Assembly (NCBI GenBank): GCA_964581305.1
Contig: CAZONC010000001.1
Coordinates: 1-54,474, forward strand
From: an uncultured archaeon
GTDB lineage: Archaea > Aenigmatarchaeota > Aenigmatarchaeia > CG10238-14 > SCSR01
Direction of reading: 5' to 3'
Length of the DNA: 54,474 bases
Made by a program: the position numbers and the translations under genes. The notes below the pieces were generated by a model. That model was not told the origin of the DNA. It saw only the letters and a list, made by a program, of their open reading frames with translations, and searched no databases. Shown here one piece after another: positions 45,393 through 53,495 of this stretch. The first letter of the stretch is position 1. Each line of letters starts with the position of its first letter.

Positions 45393-46619
45393 ATGCGAAT
45401 TGCTGTTTTATCCGATTTCCATTTTGGATTTGCACCACATCCAGAACTGGAAAATGATTGCTTTGATAATGCAAATGAAGCTATAGAGAAAGCACTTAAT
45501 ACAGATCTAATTTTACTTGCAGGAGACATTTTCGACTCGCGTGTACCAAAAACTAATGTTTGGGCTAAGGCTATACAAATTCTCGTTAAGCCTCTGCTAA
45601 AGAATTCAACTGTGCATTATGTAAGCTGCACAAAGGACCTAAAAGAAATTTCACAAAGAACATTATCCCATTTACCAGTTATTGCAATACATGGTACACA
45701 TGAAAGAAAGGGTAAAGATGATTTAAATGTAATTGAGGCACTAGAAAATGCGGGAATTCTTATTCATTTGCATTGTCAAACCATTATTTTTGAAAAGAAC
45801 GGTGTGAAAGTTGCAATACATGGCATGAGTGGTGTACCGGAAAGGTATGCTAAAGATATTCTATATCAGTGGAATCCACAACCAATAAAAGACTGTTTTA
45901 ACATTCTGCTTCTTCACCAAAGTATAGAGCCATACGTATATTCGCCACTTGAACGACCTAGCTTAAATCTATCAAATCTTCCCAAAAATTTTGACCTAAT
46001 AATTGATGGGCACGTTCACACATCTTTTTATGATAAAATTGGAAAAACGCCAATTTTGTTTCCAGGAAGCACCATCACCACACAATTTGAATTAAAGGAA
46101 GCCCAAACAGAAAAAGGATTTTTTGAAATAGAAATAGACTCCAACAAAAATGTAAATGTTAAATTTATTCCATTACAACAAAATAGAAAATTCATTTATG
46201 ATGAAATACTTATTCAAAAGAATTTGCCATTTAAAGAACAAATTGAATTAAAAATAAATCAAATTTTAGAAAAAATAAAATCGCCCAAGCCGCCCATTGT
46301 TAAAATAAAAATTGTGGCAAAAGAAATAGAAATTCAAGACCAAGATCTACGAACTATAGAAAAAAAATATTCTGATAAAGCAATTTTGATTTTTACTAAA
46401 GAGCTGGAATCGCCAGAAATAACTCAAAAAGTTGAATTTCTAAAAAATTTACGTGATCAAAAGCTATCACTCGAAGAAATTGGACTGCAACTACTAAGAA
46501 AAAATTTAGAAAATTTGAATTGTGATCCCAAACTTGATTATGAAAGTATTTTTATGCATTTGGCCAATGGTGAGATTGAACGTGCATTTGCACTTTTAAC
46601 TGAACAGGTGAAAGGATGA
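45393..46619 (+). CDS. mre11: Mre11 double-strand-break repair nuclease
   Basis: Phosphoesterase motifs LSDFHFG, GDIFD, HGTHE, GHVH. Confidence 0.85.
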   Translation: MRIAVLSDFHFGFAPHPELENDCFDNANEAIEKALNTDLILLAGDIFDSRVPKTNVWAKAIQILVKPLLKNSTVHYVSCTKDLKEISQRTLSHLPVIAIHGTHERKGKDDLNVIEALENAGILIHLHCQTIIFEKNGVKVAIHGMSGVPERYAKDILYQWNPQPIKDCFNILLLHQSIEPYVYSPLERPSLNLSNLPKNFDLIIDGHVHTSFYDKIGKTPILFPGSTITTQFELKEAQTEKGFFEIEIDSNKNVNVKFIPLQQNRKFIYDEILIQKNLPFKEQIELKINQILEKIKSPKPPIVKIKIVAKEIEIQDQDLRTIEKKYSDKAILIFTKELESPEITQKVEFLKNLRDQKLSLEEIGLQLLRKNLENLNCDPKLDYESIFMHLANGEIERAFALLTEQVKG

Positions 46620-48982
46620 TAACTAAAGTTATATTAAAAAATTGGCGTTCGCATTTAGAATCAGAATTCAACTTCTCGAATGGCACGAATGCACTAGTCG
46701 GACATATAGGAAGTGGAAAGACGAGTGTTCTTGATAGTATTTGTTTTGGACTATTTGGTACTTTTCCTATGTTACAATCAAAAAAAATAAAGTTGGATGA
46801 TGTGATAATGAACAAACCTGTGCAAAAGGATAGAGCAGAGGTTGAAGTTCATTTTGTAGTAAATGGAAAGAACTATTCGGTTAAGCGAATAATCGATAGA
46901 AAAAAAGGAACGAGCTATTCGGAAATAAAAGAAAATGGAAAAATAATCGAAGCGCCAAATTCCCAAAGAGTAACTGAAACTGTGGAAAACATAATTAAGG
47001 TAAATTATGATCTTTTTAGCAAAGCTATTTATTCTGAACAGAATGCATTGGACTATTTTTTAACTATACCTCGTGGACAAAGAATGCGAAAAATCGATGA
47101 GCTTCTAATGATAGATAAATTTGAAAAGGCGAGATCTGGCATTGTTACTCTAACGAATCGAATTGCTGAGAGAAAAGCTGCCAAGGAAAGCATTATAGAG
47201 CAGGTCAAAGTAGATGAGCTACAAAAAAATATATCTGAGCTAAATGCTTTTTTGGCAAAATCACTATCTGAAAGGGAAATTTTACGTGAGGAACTGGAAA
47301 AGGTAACAATAAAAAAAGTTGAACTCGAGAATGAGTTAAATGAATTAAAGAGAGTTAAAGAGGCATTGGATGAACTTAAAATAAAAGAACAGGGGATTGT
47401 TAGTTCTGCTCAGGAAGCAATGCTTATTATAGAAAACTTGGAAAGAAATTTGAAAAATTTGGATAAAGGCTTTGTTGAAAAAAAATTGATGGAAGTTAAT
47501 CGTTTTATAAAAACTTTCGAGGAGCTAATTAGTGAGAAACAAAAGGAATATATGAAAATTCAGGAAAAGTTATCTCGATCTAAGGCCGAAGCTGAATTTT
47601 TAAAGAAAGAAAAAATTGAAAAATTGAAGAAAGAGATTGAAAACAAGCTAAGGGCCAAAGATATGGTTGAAAAATTGAGAGCAATTGTCGGTAAGGATGA
47701 AAATAAAAAAATTGAGGAAAAGAAGAAGATTATAGAAAAGTTTGTTGGACAGATAGAAGCAGCAAAATCGAAAATAGTGGAATTACAGGAAATGGTCACA
47801 CAATTAGCGAGCGTTAAGGGCAAATGTCCGATTTGCGAATCGAAACTTACAAAATTGAAAAAGGAGGCGCTCATAAAACAGAGAAAAGCGGTGATAAAAA
47901 AACTGAAAAAAGAATTGGAGGAAATGGAAAAGAAAAAGAAATTGGCCCAAGAGGAACTTGAAGATCTGGAAAAGGCGGTTGATCGACTTCACCAGCTATT
48001 GTTAGAAATTAAGGATTTGGATGAATTGAACATTGAACTTGAAAATTCGCAAAATATTCTTACAATTGCAGAGGAAACGAACCAAAAATTAAGCAATGAA
48101 CTTGCTGCTATGGAGTCAGAGCTGCAAAATTTACAAGAAAAATTTAAAATTGCTCACGATGATAAGCAAAAACTGGAGACGCTCTTATACCAGTTTAGGG
48201 AATACGAAGAAAGAAAAAGTAGAATAAGTGAACTGTTAATTGAAAAAGAAAATGTGAGAAGGGAAATTGAGCGACTAAGTGAGATATTGAGAGGAAGAAA
48301 AATTGATGTACAAGAGAAAATGCTAATGGATTTAATTGCTAAGGAAAAAGAAATAGCAACAAAAATAACAGGTTTGGACACAATTGTTAATGAAAAAATG
48401 GTAAGAATGAAGGAACTTGAAGGAATTCTTGGAAATATTATGAAGGAAAAGGAAGAGGCACATCGTCTGGAAAAGCTAATTCAGGAACTTAAAATTTTTG
48501 AAAAAGCACTTGAACTTACGCAAATTCAATTAAGAAAAGAATTTATCGAAGCAGTAAATTATACAATGAATAAAATATGGCTGACGCTCTATCCGTATCA
48601 GGATTTTGTTGGCATAAAGCTGGAGGTTGAGGGTGGAGATTATTTACTACAGCTACAAGACCGATTTGGCAGATTTGTAAATGTGGAAGGGATGGTAAGT
48701 GGTGGTGAACGTAGCTTGGCATGTCTTGCTCTTCGAATTGCATTTGCACTTGTTATGGCACCTGCTCTCCGCATTTTAGTTTTGGACGAGCCAACGGCAA
48801 ACCTTGACAGCACAAGTGTATCCGTTCTTGCAACAACCCTTAGAGAACGAATCCAGGAATTTATTGATCAGTGCTTTATAATTACACATGATCCAAATTT
48901 AGAAGAGGCAGTAACGGGAAATGCCTATCGATTAGAGAGAGATAAAAGCAGGGATGGTGTAACAAAAGTAGTTGCATTATAA
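46616..48982 (+). CDS. rad50: Rad50 ATPase (compact, 788 aa)
   Basis: Walker A GHIGSGKTS, long coiled coils with a central CPIC zinc hook, signature SGGERSLACLALRIAF, Walker B LVLDEPTANLD. ATGA overlap with mre11. Confidence 0.9.
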   Translation: MITKVILKNWRSHLESEFNFSNGTNALVGHIGSGKTSVLDSICFGLFGTFPMLQSKKIKLDDVIMNKPVQKDRAEVEVHFVVNGKNYSVKRIIDRKKGTSYSEIKENGKIIEAPNSQRVTETVENIIKVNYDLFSKAIYSEQNALDYFLTIPRGQRMRKIDELLMIDKFEKARSGIVTLTNRIAERKAAKESIIEQVKVDELQKNISELNAFLAKSLSEREILREELEKVTIKKVELENELNELKRVKEALDELKIKEQGIVSSAQEAMLIIENLERNLKNLDKGFVEKKLMEVNRFIKTFEELISEKQKEYMKIQEKLSRSKAEAEFLKKEKIEKLKKEIENKLRAKDMVEKLRAIVGKDENKKIEEKKKIIEKFVGQIEAAKSKIVELQEMVTQLASVKGKCPICESKLTKLKKEALIKQRKAVIKKLKKELEEMEKKKKLAQEELEDLEKAVDRLHQLLLEIKDLDELNIELENSQNILTIAEETNQKLSNELAAMESELQNLQEKFKIAHDDKQKLETLLYQFREYEERKSRISELLIEKENVRREIERLSEILRGRKIDVQEKMLMDLIAKEKEIATKITGLDTIVNEKMVRMKELEGILGNIMKEKEEAHRLEKLIQELKIFEKALELTQIQLRKEFIEAVNYTMNKIWLTLYPYQDFVGIKLEVEGGDYLLQLQDRFGRFVNVEGMVSGGERSLACLALRIAFALVMAPALRILVLDEPTANLDSTSVSVLATTLRERIQEFIDQCFIITHDPNLEEAVTGNAYRLERDKSRDGVTKVVAL

Positions 48983-49005
48983 ATAAACAATGTTAAATAA
49001 AAAAT

Positions 49006-51036
49006 ATGGGAAAGAAAATAGTTTTTTTATTGTTTTTTTGTTTATATTTTATAATTTATTGTAAAAATGCAGATGCAGCAACGATAATATTGCGACCCAA
49101 CTCAGCTGGCACATATCAAGAGTGGACCTTAGTTGATTCTACTCATTGGAATGCAACGTCTGATCAATCGGATGCAACCTACGTAGAAGTAACAGGCTCG
49201 ACCACATTTAGAGAAACGCTGAATCTGCAAAACTCCAACCTAACATATCCTATAAATTCAGTTACAGCTTATATGCGGTGCAAAGCTATAGGAGGCGCTG
49301 CACCAGAAAAGGCAAATATTCTTTGGCGAACTTACGGGACAAATTATGAAAGTGCGGCATTAATTATAGGTAGAAATGTTTTTGCTGATTATTCAGAAAT
49401 TCGAACTACAAATCCATATACAGGTTTGGCTTGGACATGGGATGAGATAAATTCTTTGGAGATTGGAAGTAGAGCTTCCGTTCTTGGTGGAGGTGAAAAA
49501 ATTCAGTGTTCAGAATACTGGATAGTCGTCAACTACTGGTCCCCGGAAGAAAATATTACAGATTGCACAGTATTAAATGCAAACGGGGTAACTTACTATT
49601 TAGTAAATGACATAATAGACAGTTCTGCAGCTAGATGTATAGAAATAACAGCAACGAATGTTACTTTAGATTGTCAAGGTCATGTAATAGATGGAATTGA
49701 TGCTGTTGATAGTTATGGAATTTATCATTCCTCTGCTACTGATATTGATGCGAAGAATGTAATTAAGAACTGTGTAGTGAGAGATTGGTATAACGGAATA
49801 TATTTTCGCAAATCGCATAACAATACTGTTACAAACAGCATAATTATCTCAAACAGCTATGGCATTCGACTTAATAGCGTTAGTTCAGCTCGAATCTATA
49901 ATAATCTACTGAATAATACGAACAATTTTTATTTTGAAGGTGTGTTATATACGAATAGTTGGAATGATACAAAAAAGATCGGAACAAGAATATATTCCCC
50001 TGGTATAGGCATAGGTGGAAACTACTGGACTAACCCAACCGGCACAGGTTATTCAGATACATGTACAGATAACAACACAGATGGTTTTTGCGATATTCCA
50101 TACACGCTAACTACAAACAATACAGACTATCTACCACTAAGCAATAAATTTGCACTGAAACTGGATGTGAACACAAATCAAAGCATTTACATAATAGGGC
50201 AAACTGTACTGGTGAGTGGTCTATTGCATGATGGTGGCGGGCTGGCGATACCAAATAATAATGTAACAATACGCTTTGCCTTTCCAAATGGCACAATAAT
50301 AAATGAAGAAAATGTGAGTACAAATTCATCCGGACAATATAGCACAACGCTTTTCCTTAAATTAACATTTCCTGGAGGTACATATACGGTAAATGCCACT
50401 AGCTATTATAATTGTTCAACTTTGACAGGTAACTATTTACTTAATGCAAGCAACAGTACAACTTTTGCTTGTGAATCGCTTTTTTTTGTAAAATATAAAT
50501 TGACCTATAGATTGGGTACAACAAAAGTAAATGATATTTATAGGATTGGAAATTACAGCGAAACAGTTGATAATTTAACTGTTACAAGGACACTTTATCC
50601 GTCTGATCTTATTCATGCGTACGTCTGCACATACGATAATACAGAATATTTAAATGGCCAACTGCTGGCGCTAATTCATTTTTACAAAAAAGAAAATTTG
50701 ATTTTCCTCAATTTTTCTGCCACTGAGACAAATGATAATTATACCATTGAACTAAAACAACAAATAAACAGTAAGTCATTGCTATCATTCACTAAAGGCA
50801 CTTGCCAACTTATAGATCAAAAAATGTATTTGATTGAGAATCAACAAATTCCAAGATCATTTGCAACTCTGGAATATGGCTTGCCAAAAGGACAAATTAT
50901 CCAAATAAGATTACAAAATGATCGGATAAAAATAAATGGCACAGACCGATTTGCAAAGGGAACTTTTAGAATTTGCATAGAATATCAGGGCCTAAGTGAG
51001 GATAAAAAACCAATAATATGGGTGAGAGAATGTTAA
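49006..51036 (+). CDS. secreted right-handed beta-helix (NosD/CASH-like) surface protein
   Basis: Signal peptide MGKKIVFLLFFCLYFIIYC. Parallel beta-helix repeats (NVIKNCVVRDWYNGIYFRKSHNNTVTNSIIISNSYGIRLNS...). Very many N-x-S/T sequons. Confidence 0.65.
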   Translation: MGKKIVFLLFFCLYFIIYCKNADAATIILRPNSAGTYQEWTLVDSTHWNATSDQSDATYVEVTGSTTFRETLNLQNSNLTYPINSVTAYMRCKAIGGAAPEKANILWRTYGTNYESAALIIGRNVFADYSEIRTTNPYTGLAWTWDEINSLEIGSRASVLGGGEKIQCSEYWIVVNYWSPEENITDCTVLNANGVTYYLVNDIIDSSAARCIEITATNVTLDCQGHVIDGIDAVDSYGIYHSSATDIDAKNVIKNCVVRDWYNGIYFRKSHNNTVTNSIIISNSYGIRLNSVSSARIYNNLLNNTNNFYFEGVLYTNSWNDTKKIGTRIYSPGIGIGGNYWTNPTGTGYSDTCTDNNTDGFCDIPYTLTTNNTDYLPLSNKFALKLDVNTNQSIYIIGQTVLVSGLLHDGGGLAIPNNNVTIRFAFPNGTIINEENVSTNSSGQYSTTLFLKLTFPGGTYTVNATSYYNCSTLTGNYLLNASNSTTFACESLFFVKYKLTYRLGTTKVNDIYRIGNYSETVDNLTVTRTLYPSDLIHAYVCTYDNTEYLNGQLLALIHFYKKENLIFLNFSATETNDNYTIELKQQINSKSLLSFTKGTCQLIDQKMYLIENQQIPRSFATLEYGLPKGQIIQIRLQNDRIKINGTDRFAKGTFRICIEYQGLSEDKKPIIWVREC

Positions 51037-51749
51037 AGGGTGTAAGTCCGTTAATAGGAACAGTAATTGTAGTTTTAATTACTGTTGGTGCTGTTTCGCT
51101 TGTACTAACCATTGGCAAGCCTGTTATTGAAAGATCGCGTGAATATGGCATCATATCTGAGGCTTTGCAGAATATGCAAACTTTTGATACATTAATAAGA
51201 GAAGTTGCTTCTGAGGGTGTGGGTGCACTAAGAACTGTACAGCTCAAAGTTAGCGGTGGGGAATATAAAATCAATCAACAAACAAATAGTATAGATTTTA
51301 CTTTTGCAGCTTTATACCCACCTTATTCGCCTGGAACTGTTATAAAGGAAGGCAATTTATTAATTTCCAGCGAAGCGAATGCAAAAGCATACGAGACCGA
51401 GAACGAACTAATACTTGAAAATGAAGTTCTAAAAATTTCAATTCAGAAGGTAGGAAATGAAACGAATCATCAGCCTATAAATACGAGTGCAAACATAAGA
51501 TCGATAACTTTTAAAAATAATAATGCAACTATTTATCCAGAAGATTCCTCGGTAATAATCAATGACCTGCCTTCTTCTTCGTATGGAACTGGCTATTCAA
51601 AGTTGGTAAAGATAGGCGATAATCTGCCACAAGCAGAAGCAATAGTTTATGTAAATTCAACTTTGATTTCATATGAAATTCTCTATTCTTTGCCTAGTGG
51701 TGCTGACTTTATCATTGTTAAAATACAAAAGTATATTATAAGTGATTGA
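51030..51749 (+). CDS. pilin-like protein with class III signal peptide
   Basis: MLKG|VSPLIGTVIVVLITVGAVSLVL N-terminus. An ATG at 51018 is the alternative start. The gene overlaps the end of the beta-helix gene. Confidence 0.65.
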   Translation: MLKGVSPLIGTVIVVLITVGAVSLVLTIGKPVIERSREYGIISEALQNMQTFDTLIREVASEGVGALRTVQLKVSGGEYKINQQTNSIDFTFAALYPPYSPGTVIKEGNLLISSEANAKAYETENELILENEVLKISIQKVGNETNHQPINTSANIRSITFKNNNATIYPEDSSVIINDLPSSSYGTGYSKLVKIGDNLPQAEAIVYVNSTLISYEILYSLPSGADFIIVKIQKYIISD

Positions 51750-51878
51750 ATGGTAAGTATAAAAAAAAGATTTCGTGGTTTGAAACAGCATTTGAAAATG
51801 TTTAAGCCGCGATGGCAAAAAGATATAGTGCAAAAATGGTGGTGGAAATACTATAAATTGAGAAAGAGAGTAAAATGA
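51750..51878 (+). CDS. unlisted 42-codon ORF encoding a Lys/Arg/Trp-rich peptide (MVSIKKRFRGLKQHLKMFKPRWQKDIVQKWWWKYYKLRKRVK)
   Basis: The ATG directly follows the TGA of the pilin-like gene. Its TGA overlaps the ATG of the radical SAM gene (ATGA at 51875-51878). It fills the whole otherwise non-coding gap, with no stop for 42 codons in stop-prone AT-rich DNA. Confidence 0.45.
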   Translation: MVSIKKRFRGLKQHLKMFKPRWQKDIVQKWWWKYYKLRKRVK

Positions 51879-52942
51879 TTGGGGCTATTAATGATCCTCT
51901 AGTTAAATTAGCACTTCCACGCTATGTTAATGTTGTAAATGATAAATTGCCGGCATTATTTTTAATTGCTAAACGCATAGAAGCTAAATTTTCTAAAAAA
52001 TTTTTAAATTCGCAACTATGGAATTTGCATGACCATCTCATGAAAAAATTTGAGATGATTAGAGAGAAAATTGATAAAGGAGAGATTGCAATTGAGGATT
52101 TGCCTATACAAAAGTGCTCGCTTCTTGACCTTAAGATTGAATTAGCAAAAAAAATTCTTCAATCATGTGAGTTTTGTGAAAGGAGGTGTGGTGTAAATAG
52201 ATTAAAAGGTGAGACTGGTTTTTGTAAGGCCGGACTAGAATGGAAAATTTTCGGTGCACATGCACATTACGGCGAAGAGCCTGAGTTGGTTCCTTCTGGT
52301 ACAATTTTTCAGGCTGCCTGTAGCATGGCTTGTGTTTATTGCCAAAATGCACCTGAAAGTATAAATCCTGATTTAGGTGAAACATGGAAGGTAAATGAGA
52401 TTGTAGGTTGGATTGAAAAAGCAAAGGAAAAAGGAATTATTAATATAAATTGGGTTGGCGGAAGTCCAACATGTTGGCTTTTTAATATTCTTAGCGCACT
52501 TAAGCACACAAATGTAAATATAGCACAAATTTGGAACTCCAATTCATATTATTCAGAAAAAACAGCTAAATTGATTAATGGTGTGATCGATCTTTATTTA
52601 CTCGATTTCCGATATTTTTCCAACAATTGTGCAGTACGACTAAGCAGTGCACCCCACTATGTTGAAGCGGCAAAAAGAAATCATTTAATGGCAAAGAGGG
52701 CTGGAGAACTTATAATACGAATTTTAGTAATGCCAAATCACATCGAATGCGATGCAAAACCAATTTTGAAATGGATAAAAGAAAATTTGGGAGAATATAC
52801 AAGAATAAATATTCTTTCGCAATACAGACCGTGCTGGAAAGCATTCGAATATAGAGAAATTGCTAGACCGCTTCGTTACGAAGAATGGGCAAATGTAGTC
52901 GAATATGCAAAAAAAATAGGTCTAAAAAACCTAATATTATAA
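51875..52942 (+). CDS. radical SAM protein, PflX-like (pyruvate formate-lyase activase homolog family)
   Basis: CxxxCxxC cluster motif ACSMACVYCQN. An upstream Cys cluster CEFCERRCGVNR...FC. 355 aa. Confidence 0.75.
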   Translation: MIGAINDPLVKLALPRYVNVVNDKLPALFLIAKRIEAKFSKKFLNSQLWNLHDHLMKKFEMIREKIDKGEIAIEDLPIQKCSLLDLKIELAKKILQSCEFCERRCGVNRLKGETGFCKAGLEWKIFGAHAHYGEEPELVPSGTIFQAACSMACVYCQNAPESINPDLGETWKVNEIVGWIEKAKEKGIININWVGGSPTCWLFNILSALKHTNVNIAQIWNSNSYYSEKTAKLINGVIDLYLLDFRYFSNNCAVRLSSAPHYVEAAKRNHLMAKRAGELIIRILVMPNHIECDAKPILKWIKENLGEYTRINILSQYRPCWKAFEYREIARPLRYEEWANVVEYAKKIGLKNLIL

Positions 52943-52958
52943 AAAGCAAATTAATAGT

Positions 52959-53495
52959 ATGGCTAAGAAAAAAGAAAAGCTTCCGCAATTTATTTCCATA
53001 TTTATAGCTGTTGCAGCTGTTATTCTTTTTATACTAATGATTTTGCTGCTTCGTTTTCAGCCAATTGTAATATCAAATTTTACAATACCAGAACTTTCAA
53101 CTGAAGGATACATTCAAGTTGAACCGACTGTTGAGGTATTGGAAGATAAGGGTGTTGTTAATTTGACTGGCGGCTGCTATCAAATTACAGCTTATACCGA
53201 AACTACTCAAGCACAATCAATTGCTGACGGTTTGGCAAAAATAATTCGCACACGGCCGAACACCCACGATCTAATGAAAACTGTTTTTGATAATTTAGGC
53301 ATACAAGTACTAATGGTAAAAATTGTGGATATGCGAAACAACACATATATAGGAAGGCTTATACTAAAACAAGGTAATAACATTCTGAGCATAGATAGTA
53401 GACCAAGTGATGGAATTGCTCTTGCTGTACGAACAAATTCACCAATATACATGAAAGAAGATCTAATGAAAATGTATGGAAAAAATATTTGTTAA
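52959..53495 (+). CDS. bifunctional nuclease (BFN/DUF151) domain protein with an N-terminal membrane anchor
   Basis: TM segment FISIFIAVAAVILFILMILLL, then RPNTHDLM and IDSRPSDGIALAVR, typical of DUF151. Confidence 0.7.
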   Translation: MAKKKEKLPQFISIFIAVAAVILFILMILLLRFQPIVISNFTIPELSTEGYIQVEPTVEVLEDKGVVNLTGGCYQITAYTETTQAQSIADGLAKIIRTRPNTHDLMKTVFDNLGIQVLMVKIVDMRNNTYIGRLILKQGNNILSIDSRPSDGIALAVRTNSPIYMKEDLMKMYGKNIC

